From contig JAQGDQ010000013.1 in assembly GCA_030141605.1 (NCBI GenBank), positions 186,001-250,000 of the forward strand: a stretch of DNA of 64,000 nt, read 5' to 3'. Positions 24,299 through 38,247 of this stretch are shown here, in pieces (the first letter of the stretch is position 1; each line of letters begins with the position of its first letter). The stretch comes from Tubiluchus corallicola. Its lineage: Eukaryota > Animalia > Priapulida. Position numbers and translations under genes: made by a program. The notes below the pieces were generated by a model. That model saw only the letters and a list, made by a program, of their open reading frames with translations, had not been told where the DNA came from and did not search any database.

Positions 24299-26155
24299 TT
24301 ATAACAAGTATACATCACAACGGTTTCATAAAATTCGATGTATATACATATAACAATAAATTATGTTATGTGTGCGCATCTAGTGAAAATGAAAAACGTG
24401 CATGAAAGGCACCAGTATATGACCACTGCATTATACAAGTTAAGTTTAAAGGCAAAATGTACTTCACTTGTGCACAAGTTAAGCAAGCAAGTCTTAAAAG
24501 CAGACAAGTTGACAACCATTTGTCTGTTTTTCACAGGGATTTCAAAAAGCATTAATTTTTTTATAACATGTGGCTAAACTTGTAAAAAGCAAATATAAAC
24601 GTGTGTTAATTATTCCAGTAAGTGTTTGTCACCTTTCTAGCACAACTTTTACTATGTAATGAAATTCATAGACCAAAACCCATTTCGTTGTGTTTAGCAG
24701 TTCAGTAAGCCTCAAAAATAACTTTTTTGAAAAAGAAATGAGATAGGTTTGAAGATATTTCGTGTGTTATAACAATAACACAATTTAATGCAGTAACAAA
24801 ACTAAGTTTATAAAACTTAACGCTAATACATGTATTTTATTACCAATACCAATTACGTTGACCATTGAAAGTTATAATATACAAATAGATGTGCAATTTT
24901 CTGTGTATTGCAATGGAGGGACAAGCAGAGGACAAAAACATTTACCTTATGTTTAAGATTATCATTATGTAAAAGAGCTGTTATTGAAATGAAAATTAAT
25001 TTTTGATTCAAAAATATTTTTCGGGTATATTAAACAGAACTCAATAAAGAAAAAACCAGGTTGCAACTGCAGCTGTCCTCTTAGTGGAGGACAGTGGAAA
25101 AAACACTATTTCGGTTTGCTCTTGAAAAGGTGTTACACCAGACAAAATGTAATAACAAGCAGTCATGTTCACAAAGCTCTCTGAAGATTTGCCATTTCAG
25201 TTTATTGCTAACAGCCTTCTTAAGGCATAAGACCACTATCCCGTCCTTTCATATACTAAATTGAACAATTTCTCAATCTCAAGGGGTGCATAATTTTGTT
25301 AAAAACAAACAGTGCAGATATTAGATACAATGCCCACACGTAAACAGTGAGATTCTGGTATAGCAATAAAACTTGCTTAGTGACAAAATAGTGGTTTTGT
25401 GTGAGAACTTGCTTCATAATTTTCTGTTTCATTTAATGAAGTCAGATTACTGTGACCAATAGAAATATCAGCTGTTGCAGGGCTCCTCGAAATAGATGCA
25501 ACAAATATCACAAAAGCAGGATGCAGACAACTAATTGATAAAATCATGCATGACCAAGTATTGGTAAATAATTAGTCCAAATGTAACATTATAGCTTGTG
25601 AATATTATCATCCACCATGGGAATTAGGTTTGCAACTACAGGGACAAAATTGCTTCATCGGGCCAGTTAACAGACAAAATTCATAAACGTAACCGACAAC
25701 ATATAAAAATACAAATACAAAATATATAACAAAAACATGCCACGCAGGACTTGCCACCAAAACTATTAATTTTGTTGACAAAAGAAACAGAGTTTGATAA
25801 TCACAGAGTCAGTGTTAAAAATAGAGACAAATCAACATTGTGCACAAAATTGTAGCATGATCGACGATACACAACTACGAAAACTACAATGAATAAATAT
25901 TGAATAAATAAAACCCCGTAAACATGGTGTTAAAAGAAAGCACAGACAGGGATGTAAGTGTAAACTTTTATATAATTTAAATAAGGCATAAGTTTTAAGC
26001 TAAACAAAGGTGGACACTTTGTAAATTTAACCTAAAAAGTGTGCATTTGCTAAAGACTGCCTTCCAGAACGTTTCGTTCAAAATTATCAGTCTGAATAAA
26101 AAAATAACAATGATAAAAAACTGTGTCGAGTGAGATGAGCAATAAGAGACCTGTT

Positions 26156-29100
26156 CTATAATCCTCCCTCAGTGCCAAATTCTTCTTCATCACAGCATTT
26201 GTTCTTGCACGCCTGTTACAAATAAAACCTTTTGTACTGAATGAATTGGTGTAATCATTTCTTATTTAAGAAACTAGTTTGATGCTAATTTGTCTAAAAA
26301 GCAATGAGACATTACAATTGTTGCGATTCTCTAAAAGCCATCGCAACTAGAGCAACAGCGACCACTTCTTTAATTATCACAGTAGCAGCGAGAAGAACAA
26401 TGCTCACAACAACAATGCTACGAGTTCTTTTTAAAATTGTGCAAAAACTGTAATTTTTGCTGCATCTTTGATATGCTATATATTTAATGAACTTTACTGC
26501 TGATCATCATCACGTTTGCACCATTTATTTGTTGACTTCAAAATGAGTTTTTTCATAAATTTCTGACAATACTCACCTTACATTTACAGCACAATATACA
26601 CGGTGCAGCAATTAAGAGAAATGGCGAAGCCACCAACAACGATATGCCCATCAAAGCGAATATTCCTATAACTTGAGCTCTGTGCCAGATCAGTGATGCT
26701 CTGGAATGACCTAGCTTATCCTTGCAAGGTCCTTTGTCATAGTGACGTAATAAAAAATCATCCTGAACACAAGAAATCAGGCAATTAGGAGCCAGCTCAA
26801 AACTGTGAGAGAACAAACATTATCAAAAAATGTCTGAAAATTCTAAAGCACATTTAAAAAAATTCGCAGCATTACATAATACATCAGTTGGCTCCAACTG
26901 TTACTCAGTTAGTTAAAAAAAATCTTCTTAATTAAAATTGCTTGCACCAGTAGAATAGAAGCTACGACAAAGAAAATGTTTTAGAACACCAGCATACATC
27001 AGTAGCTTAAAAACTAATGATTATTAAACTTAATCACGGATTATTACAAAATCAGTGAGCAGGCGATTATCCATTTAGAAGCCTTCATCCAGCAGTCAGT
27101 ACCAGAGTTAAACTTAAAACTTTCACTTCTTCATAACAGCTAGCTTTTCTCGAAACATAAAGTCTGCATGCAGTAAAATTATATGTATGTGTTATGCTTC
27201 ATCATGTAAAAAGGCTCATTATGTAACAAATTTTACATCACTAATTATGAAGAAATTGCATCCTTATGTAGCAGATTAGTTTAGGTTTTATTATGGTTTA
27301 TGGCTGAAGCTTTGTTATGGTTTAGACATGGTCTCATTACTGGAGTTTCTTCCTGTTCTTTACTGTTTTGGATATCTGTTTGGTTCCAGCTCGATCTAGT
27401 CTGGGGGTTTGGTGTACTAGCCAGTTTTCCTGTCGATGTTACTCTGAGGTCTAGTTTACCAGAATCTTGTCTGCCTGAGAATGATCTGTCAGAGGTCTGG
27501 CTTGGCAGCGTTTGGTCTGACATGGGCATGGGTTGTCAAAACAAGAATTGGAAAATGGTCATAAACCATTTTCCAGCACAGATCCCTAGTTCTTGGTCAT
27601 GTTCCATCGCAGGAAGTTGAAATTTCACACAGACATGTAACCTACTGTGGACTAATTCGCAGGGCCAACCCAGAGTAAGACCTACATCTAGAACAGAAAG
27701 AAACTGACTAAATCCAAATCCTAATTAGACCACACCGACAGTCAAGACCATAACAACACCCAATCATAGACTATGATTATGTTGTTACATAATGCATCAT
27801 TTTTGTTACACAATTACTGTTACGAAAGGATGTAAAATTAATTACATTATGCAACATTTTTTTATTACATATGGCCACATTGTTACATAATGAATCTTAC
27901 CATGTAATTTTAAAATACAAAATGTTAGAATTTTTTAGCCACATAAGAAAATTCAGTGAAAATATATAATGATCTACATATTTATTATAGTCATAAGTTA
28001 GTCTCAAGTCAAATGAGAACACATATCAAAATTCAGAAATACATTCACTATGCTAAATGAATTACGGGATTATTATGTGCAAATGCAGGACAGTAAAAGT
28101 TGCAGTTGCACTGTAGTACATTCAGTCTAGAAAAGTTTTTGCTGCAGGCAGCATATATTTGTTGTTCTATATTGAGAAGTTGGCCATTTATAACTTTTGT
28201 TGAAACACTAGTTAGAGGAAGAAACATTAATGGGTAAAGAGACAAATATGGCAATTACTTACATCAAGCGAAGTTAGACAAAACCAACAAAATACATGCT
28301 GACAGCTTTTACACATCATTTGAGCGCAACCGTCTTCTCGTTCAATAGGAACATGACACAGTGGACATCGCTTAATCTTTGAAGATTCGAAGGTGTGAAA
28401 TGGAACCCTGTAAATATGCATAATTACATTTCAAAGACCTAAGAACAATAGAGACTAAAGCAACATTGGCCAAACAATTATATGTTTGCCCATATAATTC
28501 AAACTCGCTACCTGCACATTCCTTTAATTACTCAGAATTTATAGTCCTTGTTTTTAAACAATAATGGACCAATACAATGCTTATGTACAAATTATACCCA
28601 GCATTTTTTCCCAGCTTTTCCTGGTTTTGATCGCAAGAAAGGTCGCCGTGCCATTGAGCTTTGCAAGTTGGACAGAACTCCAGCCCACACTGAAAAACCA
28701 AATACCATTAACAGTTTTTACTTATCTGGGCATGCTTCATTTTAAAAGTTATGGGACCAAAAAAAGTTTTTTTGTCGACGTTATGGGAATAGAAAATAAC
28801 CTTACCAAAAGGTAACTAATGATACTGTGTTTCGGTTAAGTCAACGTAATCTGAATCTTAAAATAAAATAATATATCTCCAAGGCTTCTACATGGTAGAA
28901 GCACGGATTCATTAAATTGGTAAAAACATAAAATAATAAAATTAGCTATACACCTAATTTGAAATACTTACGTGACTGTAGCAAGAAAAAAATATTGCTA
29001 TTATTAAAAACAGTTAATGTTGCTGCTAATGACAACAATATATAAAGCAAAGAATGTTTTCTCCACCACATGGACTGTGCATGCTTACACCTTACCATAA

Positions 29101-30752
29101 CAATATGTACAGGAATAGACAATGACATGAAAAATAGTAAACTTACACTAGGGCACTTGGCAGGATTCGTTGGTCGTGGCTCACTAGGACAGACATGACA
29201 GACGGATTCACATCCAGCCTCCGGGCAAAACGTCCTGTACGGGTCCAACTCCACTTCCTTAGAGAACTTAAACCTGAGATATTTGTCGTAAACCTCTTTT
29301 TCTACGAGACTCTCTATCTGAATGTTTCATGAAAACAGCAACATCAAGTTTAATATAATCTTAATTATACGAAGACACTGTCAAGAGAAAGTAACAGAAA
29401 TGCATTTATAATTAAAAAGAAGATAAATTAGGAACGCCTTCTCTTAGGAAAGTGTAAGAACTTTGGAGTGGGGGTTATTGCTGATGATATTTTAAAATTT
29501 GATCATCATACAAGCAATATCATGATGTATTTGTGGAAAATAAAACTACAGATAAGTGTTCAGGCTGTGTGGTGAAGCTAAAAAAGTTCAGGCTTCCTGT
29601 GACAATTATTTATTTGTTCACTCATTTCTGCTTACATGTGCATCATGTAGTCAGACATCGAGCAAAGTGAACAGAACAAGGTATATATATATATGTTAGC
29701 AGAAATCTAAGAGATGTAACACGTCAAACTGTTATTTGTCAATTGAGACTTAAATCTATTTACAAAAATTCAATGGACTGATCCATAAGACTAAAAGTTT
29801 ATTTTAAAAGCTTTCAAATCCTGTTGTTGGACATTATCAATAGTCATCTGCTGAATATTAAACTTAGAAATTTCAAGTTTTAAAAAACACAAAAGTCTAT
29901 TATTCCAAAAATTGAAGCTTACTTCTTTAGCATGAAAAGTCCCTGATTTTAAACATTGCGCATCAGGACAGGTAATGACTAGAACGCATCCCTCTTCTAT
30001 CAACAAGGTGAGGTATCTTTTTAAACACTGAAAAAAGTTTTAAATGTTGTTGTTGAAACACCGATAGGTTTGAATAGCTTCCAGTGAAGTAAACAAAAAA
30101 ACGTTAGGTGAAGTAAGAATTGGTTGGCTACAACTCTAATTGAAAATTGTTACTCGACTTTTCGACAATTAAAATATTATATTGACGATAAACTGATCAT
30201 AATTTGCAAGTAACGAGCTATTTAGTTAGATAATTACCAATTAAAAATTGTCAGATTAATGAAACATTTTTTTTAAAATGAATATACACAACTATATCGT
30301 AATTTACGCATGCAGACAGACATTTAAATTCTGCTTTTGCACATAGAATTTAGTTTTTTCTGTGAAATGCTGGCTCATTAGTTTACTGAATGCCCTGTGC
30401 CCAGCCATTCACTGAGAACAATCCTGCCCATCATCAAAATATTGTATCAGAAAAGAATGATAGATGGAAAATGCGTACTTTACTACTGATCTGTCACACA
30501 ATCTAGTTGCTTTAAGCCAATTCGCTCTGTCGTTAAGTGATTTGCTCCGAGCCTTTTAGTATGTGCTTGACAATAACTATGATTACTTACCAAAGTACAA
30601 TAGATACATTTACACTCTGGTATTTCAAACATATCACATGGATGACATTCATTAAAACACAAGCGGCAAGTTATTAAAGGTTCTAGTGGTAACTCAGATG
30701 CTGACATCTGCTGGCTAACAGAGAAAACGCTGCTGGAACTAGAACTTGCCAT
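26156..30752 (-). CDS. RNF144A: RBR E3 ubiquitin ligase RNF144A-like, 7 coding exons, 305 aa
   Basis: Exons 30752-30591, 30027-29923, 29317-29147, 28689-28598, 28407-28263, 26762-26577, 26212-26156 (918 nt, phases consistent). RING1 CRLC...CKCIYCTL|C...CPDAQC; [11 protein letters not shown]...[14 protein letters not shown]; RING2 [33 protein letters not shown]; then [28 protein letters not shown] and a C-terminal TM helix, all matching RNF144A. Confidence 0.95.
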
Positions 30753-31337
30753 GATTACATTTCAGTCCAAGCGTGTTTGTGTGTGCATCTGAAAAATACA
30801 AAAGAAAACGAAATTATATAACAATTGGTATGTTACTACAGTAGTATAAAAAATAAAATTTAAATAATATTTTAAGTATAAGATGCACGCTGAGTATAAC
30901 ACAGGCACATGGTACATATGCATGAACAACAATGTATGTATAACTTTTCAGTTTCATTTAATAATTTACACAAGATTACCAAGTATTATAGACTCATACT
31001 GTGCATTTATGACTAATCGAAATTAAAAAGAATTCTACACATATCATTAATTCTAAAATTTCGTAAAAATTTCAAGTGTTCAGTAGTTACTCACACACCC
31101 CGGTCTCGGGGTGTAGGAATGTACAAATTTATGCATAATATACAGATTTTAAGAGTGTCGCGTATTTCTAATTTTTTAATCTGGCAACCCCAAGACTTAG
31201 TTAGGGGTTATTCTACGCACAACACATTTGCTCGATTTACGTAAAAGTATATTTTCAGACTAACGTCGAGTAAATAAAATTGATTGAAGAGCGTCATTAT
31301 TGCTATAAAATATATAAAAATAAGCTTTCCATTTTAC

Positions 31338-31430
31338 CTTAATCCTTACATTTTATTTTATGTGAAACCTTAATACTTTAACATCAAGTAAAAATAACGA
31401 AAGCGGAAGTGATGTAATAACTAAACCGGA
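31338..31430 (-). promoter_or_regulatory. Probable RNF144 first (non-coding) exon and promoter with ETS motif
   Basis: Minus-strand donor AAG|GTAAAA at 31338/31337; the acceptor of the ATG exon is at 30790-30789; GCGGAAGTG (ETS/GABP-type) at 31403-31411; locally CpG-retaining. Confidence 0.4.
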
Positions 31431-31673
31431 TATTGATAATATAGGCGCATCGTAGCGATTCCATGAATCTGGGCAACAGACACGAGTTATTCAGCTAAAC
31501 TCCAAGCTCTTTGCAAAATTTTAATGATTTAAATTAAGCTAAGTAACAAAAATAGTGATCACTAATCAGGAGTTTAGGCATTCCAACAAAAAGGTAATTT
31601 TTATCTGATTATCATTACATTAGAAATTCCTGCACTGCAACTATTTTAACAGCCAAGTGTTAGTTTTGATAAC

Positions 31674-32204
31674 TATGGGCGAGCATCTCTACCAGAAAGC
31701 GAATTCGAATCGAATTTGTGACCTTCGAAATCTAATCGTGCGGAATTTCATCATTTCAAATCAAACCCGAATTGAGTTTAAATTCACCAGTTGGTGAGTA
31801 CACTATCTATCGAGTCAAATTGGCTCTCATGATGATAATCGTTTATGGCGTGCGGGCTGTGTAATTTGCATTACAGACCTGCAAACAGCTCTGAACCGGA
31901 ACTGAGTTTGAAAGATTTTCGAACCACCATTAAAAAGTAGTCTCACAAAGAGACATACACGTTACTTGTTTTTTTTTGTTGTGCACTAAAAAATGCTAAT
32001 AACTTGTTTAAAAACTGTGCACCAAAATCGCAGGTAAATTGTGCTGAAATGCATAACGTTTTGAACATTACAATGATAAAGAGCGTATGTGGTTGAAGTT
32101 CTCAATTATTTGAATCTATAATTTTAGGTTTGAATCGCGTTTGAACTAAAAAAACTCCCTTAATTCAAATAAACTTCGATTCAAATGTTCTATGCTCTCC
32201 CCTA
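31674..32204. mobile_element. hAT-type MITE (531 bp) with 8-bp TSD
   Basis: TIR TATGGGCGAGCAT vs TAGGGGAGAGCAT (rc of right end). Flanks TTGATAAC (31666-31673) and TCGATAAC (32205-32212), a 7/8 match differing at a CpG. Subterminal TTCGAA/ATTCGA words. Confidence 0.72.
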
Positions 32205-35200
32205 TCGATAACATTGCGTAAAGTTCGAAAAAATAATCAGAACATTCGAAAACCACTCTTCACTCACTAATTAAACAAAAGTATAACTTACTCTGTTTTG
32301 TCAATAAGATCAATAATGTGTTTTTTGGCGAATTAATGATGGTTTTTGGACCACAATGGGACTGTATGTGAACCAGTGACGTTTTACCACTTTGTGCAAA
32401 CATATAATTTACTAAGTGTTTTATTTTCTAGTTACATAACTATTTGAAACAGTTGCGCATAATACTAAGTAATAATAATAACATTGTGTGGAAAGTCTGG
32501 GACTTTTTATAAAGCTCCCCTACATCCATATACAAAAATTCCATATGTACGAGTTCCGTGGTTTACATTTACTTAGCTCAAAAGACCATTAGAGCTTGTA
32601 AGTTTCCAGACATTTTCTTCTATACTATGCTCAGTATGCATGCACATTTCACAGGGCTATTTCTCCACAGAGGAAAATCTCGGTCGGCATTTCATTAGCA
32701 CAGACAGTCTTTTTTATCTTTGATAGTTGTCAAATTTTTTGTCATAGACTCATAATGCAGCAGTTGTTTGTCATATAAATATAATAGATATTGCATTGCT
32801 TTGTTTATATATTGTCGATGTACTTGAATGTAGTGTTAGCGCAATAAACTGAACTGAAAGGATAGGCATACTGAAACAATGACCGGGCCAAGGGCGTAAA
32901 TACATAGTATTTATAACGTCCTTGGACAATGGACAGGGTCACCATCAAATCTGTTGTGTTGTTCTTATTAGCTGTCGTATGGTCGAGGTATTATACGATC
33001 AAAGGGCAGTAGATTAAATCTAATAAAAAATCGTTAAATCTAAGGCTACTTAACTACTTAAATCTAATTACACTGATCCCGTATATGAAGTACTCCATTT
33101 GTAAATTTTTCCACTGTCACAAAAAATAACAGCAGGAAAATAATCTAAAACAAGACAACTAATTTAATAAAAAGCAATAAAATTGCATTGTACCTGATTA
33201 CGTGTGCTTCTTTTATTAAAATTTTGCACTAGGGCAAAAACAAGAATAAGCATAACGCTTGCCAGTTGCAGTAGTACAATCCAGTGCTACAGGCATGTAA
33301 CTGTGAACGAAAACTATTCCTAATTCCCAAAATGAAAGTATCAGTACTAAAACAGCCAACTAGATAACTTGTATGTGTATGTGTGTGTTAGGCAGGAAAT
33401 GGTCTCAATCATTTTCAAAATACTGATACATAATTATATTGATACGGATCAGCTGTTCCTTTTGTACACAGACAACTACACAGCGCTACAAAACTAAAGC
33501 TCAGTACAGGTAACCTGATTTGATTTACTACATCAAACAATCATACTGTAAATCACTAAACTGTTATTGTTTTTGGTGAATTAACCGGGAAAATAAATAA
33601 ATAAACATAGTATAATTATACAACGTTGACAGATTACTGAGTGAAAGCTAACTTGAGGTAAAAAAAACTGCAGAGTTACACAAATTCTGGCATCAAAATT
33701 TGCTACATATAAACCATAACCCATATTTCAGCACAGTGTTTCTGAAGATGCTTTACTCCTGTTGGCCACACACAAAAGTATAAAGGTTATTACAAACATA
33801 TGGCATCACAATCATTATGTATTTTAACAATGCATAAAAACAACAAAAAATATTAACTAAGGCTCGCTAAATATAAACGTTTTTACAACTTGCTATGTTA
33901 TATCAAATACGACTAGAAACAAAAATGATTAAGCCTCATGTTATCGTAATGAGATTAAGTTGCTAAATACGAGTTAATCATTATACAAGCACTCATTTGT
34001 ATAATCATAGCATTTTAAGCATCGTAACAAACTTACAATATTGATATAATAGCACACACACTAAATATAGGAGGCAAACCATTTTTGATTAGGCTATTAG
34101 TATGTTGAATGTATTAAATAATTAAAAGCCAAATCCACTGTAACGTTGATTGCACTGCAATATTTTGTCAAAAAACGGCACAGCATATATTATTAGCAAT
34201 AATGCTTACTGATCATAGAAGGCAGGCTTGGTAGCTATTTTAATCTGTGTAGAAGACGAGGCATGAATTAGTACGAAGCTATCTTGATCACAGATATGTG
34301 ATTTGGCATTAAAAAGGTGATTATGTCATTTTAAAAGGTGTAACGTACACGAGACTCTGTTAGTTCAAATGAGCTGTGACAACCGACAATATTCACAAGA
34401 GCAGTGCTGATCAAAGTACAATTATTATAGATAATGAAAAAGGAAACGTTACAACTCATTTATTAATAGACGCAAATAATTGGTACCCCATTGTTAATAT
34501 CCTTAGTTAGTTTTAGAAAATGCCAAAAGGGTAAACTCATTGAGTAAGTAAACGCACAGAAAAGTATATAAGCCTCTAATGAAATTTAGGACGGCTCAAT
34601 TCTGTGTCATTTAAAAAACCAGGTTAAGTGTGTATTTACATCTCAATTTAAGTTTTGCGACTTATAGATGGCACAAAGCTGAAATGGCACCGTAAGTCAT
34701 TTGACATTTTGACAATAACAATTTTTAAGCTTCTTGTGCTGCACTACTGTACAGAAAGTTCTGGAAAAATTCAGCAAGAAAAATCAACATTTTATCTAGT
34801 GTTAATTCTATATAGATAAAATTTAAAAAATTTTGGAACAATTTAGAATGAAAAACCAAGTTTTTATGTAAATTATTGACATTAGCATTTACCAGTATAG
34901 CTGATATGTATGAACAGCATATTATAAAAATGCATTCAAATTAACTAACCAAAGGCATTCAAAAACAGGAGGCCATTTTTAACAGACATGTGTAATTCAG
35001 TAGGCATTAAATTTTACGAGCATTCATTGAAAACTGCTAGAAAATTATTATTTCTCAACTCATTTTACATCGACTTTATGCCTAAAAGCAGAGAAACGAA
35101 AACCTTGGCATTCATTTAGCCTAAACTTGTACAAGAACATTCTTTCATTTTTGTGTTAGAACACAACTGGAAGTTGAAAATATTTCATGTTGCAACAATA

Positions 35201-35715
35201 TTACTGCAGTTGTGATGCAGACTTCACTAACCCATACAATGCTGTAGCTGCTGTTCAGTTTTTATTGAACATATTGGTAGAAGCTGCTGATAGACATATT
35301 AAATTATAAACTTTATCAGGAAGATTTCAAAATAAACTAGAAATAAATCTCAGGTAAGATAATGCAAGTGTCTTTGTCTTTGATATGAAGTCTGGCAAAG
35401 TTCAATTTTTCAGAAACGTGTATGTTACTTGGTGCACAATTACACTAACTCTACTACATGAATATAGTTGTCTACACAATGCAAAATTAAATGGTAATTT
35501 AGTTGAAATGCTCCAGTGACACTTATTATTAGCCAGTTTCGTGCCAGGTATCACATTTTCAGAATGCTAGCAATAACACATTCGTTTGATGTGTTAAGTT
35601 ATTTTTTGCACCTTAAATATGCATGTGATCTTTTTGAAATCATCTGATATTTTCAGTTCCCATTTGTTAGCACTGTCTTGGGCTAAAACTTTGTAAATTA
35701 TGATAAATAAGTACT

Positions 35716-38247
35716 TTAATAACTGTTTTCATGACCAGCTAAAATATAGAGATCAGACATCGCTGCCACAGAATCGTCTGTAGGTCTGCTCTCTAGTACA
35801 ATGACACGATCACTTCCCAGCAAACGAAAGATCCTGGACTTGTCGCATATCTCCTGGGTCACCTCGTTCTCCTTCAGGCTACGGCCTTGCATGCCGTGCT
35901 GGCTGAATGCTAAGATGCTGTCTGTTAAACAGACGATAGATTCTACCTTAAAGTCAAAGTGCAGCTCGGAAGCTCGCTGACGGTTAGATTTCATTCGTCC
36001 GTGGGTATTAACCACTTTCACCACATTATTGTAACACACTAATAACGTGTCTTTTTCTAATTGAGTGACATTGATAACTTCAAGTTGTTTATATTCATCT
36101 GATGATTCACTGCGATCGAAAAACCAGTTTGAACCGGAATTCAAATTTACCATGTCTAACTTGAGGTGATAACGATCACGCCCCTGGTGGACGTTATAGC
36201 AAACGACGGGATATTCCTGATCAGGGCTGATTATCATTTCAAATACACGTAACGGATATGGCACAGGAAAATCAAACTGTTTCAACAGCATGAACTTGCT
36301 CAATGGTTCATACCACTGCAACAAGATAATACTCATAGGGGTAGCACCACACAAATACCTGTACCCATTATACTGATTTCTACCTACGCAGCACTTCACA
36401 CAGCCCTTTGTATCAGGCACTTTTACAGATATCACATATTTCCTCGGCACTAGCTTGCCGGGTATCTTGTTCATGGGTAAAGAAAAACGATTCTGCTGCC
36501 TTGAATGCATCATGAGCAGATCATGCCGATACAGCTGAGAGTTTTTCCCTGATATTGTCATCATGACATTATTAATTACATACATCCAGTGGCACCGCCG
36601 TGGATGTAGCTGATCCATTGTGGCTTCGTGCACTTGACTAAGATTCAACGTATAGATGCCCTCTTCAGCACCAATTAAAATGTGTTGATCTCTCGTCTCA
36701 GGATGTATCCAACTTGCCGTGCAGCAAATACGCAGCGGACACCCATTAAAGACTTTTAAAAAGCACGCACCCATATGAACTTTTGGCGTACGTGGAAGAC
36801 CGTTGAAAGTTGCCTCCTGTTCATCTACACGCCTGTGCTCCAGATTAGGAGCTTTTAGCTGAGGACCTGGGATGAGAGTTTCCGTTCCATCATGTACGGT
36901 TATCTCTGCTTCACCGTCAGAATCACCATTGTGATTTTGATCTAACGTGACTGAACCGGTTGAATCAAAAGTCAGCGTTGCCATTTGATCAGACATTTGG
37001 CTGCTATTTTCTGCATTGTGATTATTTAGTGCGGCAGAGTTATCTGCAGGTAAAGTAGCTTCCTGAGACATCCTATACTCATTGTCATCATACACTGGAC
37101 TAGACTGTCGCACGCCGGCGTCACCAAAAGCACGAGCATCTTCCACATTGCGATGCCCCCATGGCAGGTTGTCATAAACTCCCACAGCACCAGCGACAGC
37201 ACCACCAATGTCACGAGTCAAAGTCAAATCCTGCTCCAAGATGTCTGGACTCTGAGACTTAGATTTCTTACTCTTGCTGGGATTTCTGCTCGCTATGCGT
37301 TGGGGTACATTTGGCGTGGTGCCCTCATCATCTGTTTCTGCATCCAAAGCAAAGGACAACTGTGTTGGATTATTTACCCTGTCAAGCAAGTCTTTCGTGT
37401 AGCGTTTATTCAAGTTACCCTGCAGAAACTGATGCTGTAATAGTCTGTCTGCAGTTGGTCGCTTTTTCGGGTTTTTTGTTAATGCTATCTTTATGAAATT
37501 ATGAAACGTAGGTGTGTACTTATTTTTGTCCTTCAGCTCAGGAGGCTTAAAACCACTTTTAGACATAAGAAACAGTGCTCTCATCGGATGCAAGTCAAAC
37601 ATTGGTGGTTGCAGTTCTGCCAGTTCTATTGAGGTAATTCCTACTGCCCAGATATCACACTGTTGATTATAACCACCTTTACGTTCTACAGCAGCTACTT
37701 CTGGAGCCATCCAATATGGAGTTCCAATAAATGACTTTCGTTTACACAGCGTCTGCGTTATTTGAGCTGACACACCAAAATCTGCTAACTTTACATCTCC
37801 ATCTTCTGTGAGGAGAATATTTGCTCCTTTTATATCACGATGCATTATGCCTTTACTATGAAGGTACGCAAGGCCATGCAGTGTTTCTTTACACACAAAC
37901 GCTATCTGTGATTCAGACAAAGGTCCAATCAAATGATAGATATCTTGCAGAGAACCACCACCACAGTACTCCATAGCTATCCACAATTTATCACGCCTTA
38001 AGTAACTGCCAAAGTATGCGACTACATTAGGATGCTTACAGTCTTTCATCATTAAAATTTCTTGTCTGATCACAGAAAAATCATCCCCAGGTTCAAGTTT
38101 GATCACTTTAATAGCCGACAGCTCACTAGTTTCAATGTGGCGAGCTTTGTAAACATCGCCATATGTACCACTGCCAACCCGCTGAATCAATTCAAAATCA
38201 TCTTGCGGGTTGCGCCTGGAGATATCGGGTCCAGGAGAGACACTCAT
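35716..38247 (-). CDS. MAP4K3: MAP kinase kinase kinase kinase, GCK-I family (MAP4K3/MAP4K5/happyhour), single-exon CDS, 843 aa
   Basis: Uninterrupted [45 protein letters not shown] and [33 protein letters not shown] (intact kinase). C-terminal CNH domain beginning [18 protein letters not shown] and ending [12 protein letters not shown] 5'UTR splice acceptor (polypyrimidine + AG) lies at 38355-38354. Confidence 0.97.
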   Translation of the reverse strand: MSVSPGPDISRRNPQDDFELIQRVGSGTYGDVYKARHIETSELSAIKVIKLEPGDDFSVIRQEILMMKDCKHPNVVAYFGSYLRRDKLWIAMEYCGGGSLQDIYHLIGPLSESQIAFVCKETLHGLAYLHSKGIMHRDIKGANILLTEDGDVKLADFGVSAQITQTLCKRKSFIGTPYWMAPEVAAVERKGGYNQQCDIWAVGITSIELAELQPPMFDLHPMRALFLMSKSGFKPPELKDKNKYTPTFHNFIKIALTKNPKKRPTADRLLQHQFLQGNLNKRYTKDLLDRVNNPTQLSFALDAETDDEGTTPNVPQRIASRNPSKSKKSKSQSPDILEQDLTLTRDIGGAVAGAVGVYDNLPWGHRNVEDARAFGDAGVRQSSPVYDDNEYRMSQEATLPADNSAALNNHNAENSSQMSDQMATLTFDSTGSVTLDQNHNGDSDGEAEITVHDGTETLIPGPQLKAPNLEHRRVDEQEATFNGLPRTPKVHMGACFLKVFNGCPLRICCTASWIHPETRDQHILIGAEEGIYTLNLSQVHEATMDQLHPRRCHWMYVINNVMMTISGKNSQLYRHDLLMMHSRQQNRFSLPMNKIPGKLVPRKYVISVKVPDTKGCVKCCVGRNQYNGYRYLCGATPMSIILLQWYEPLSKFMLLKQFDFPVPYPLRVFEMIISPDQEYPVVCYNVHQGRDRYHLKLDMVNLNSGSNWFFDRSESSDEYKQLEVINVTQLEKDTLLVCYNNVVKVVNTHGRMKSNRQRASELHFDFKVESIVCLTDSILAFSQHGMQGRSLKENEVTQEICDKSRIFRLLGSDRVIVLESRPTDDSVAAMSDLYILAGHENSY

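Noticed and set aside
27281-27620. Overlapping 82-aa (-) and 106-aa (+) ORFs as a nested gene
   Set aside because: No recognisable domain; the minus ORF is closed by a stop 3 codons upstream of its ATG; no supporting exon chain.
32888-32925. Short IR CCAAGGGCGTAAATAC...GTATTT..ACGTCCTTGG
   Set aside because: Only 38 bp, probably a collapsed MITE; too short to classify.
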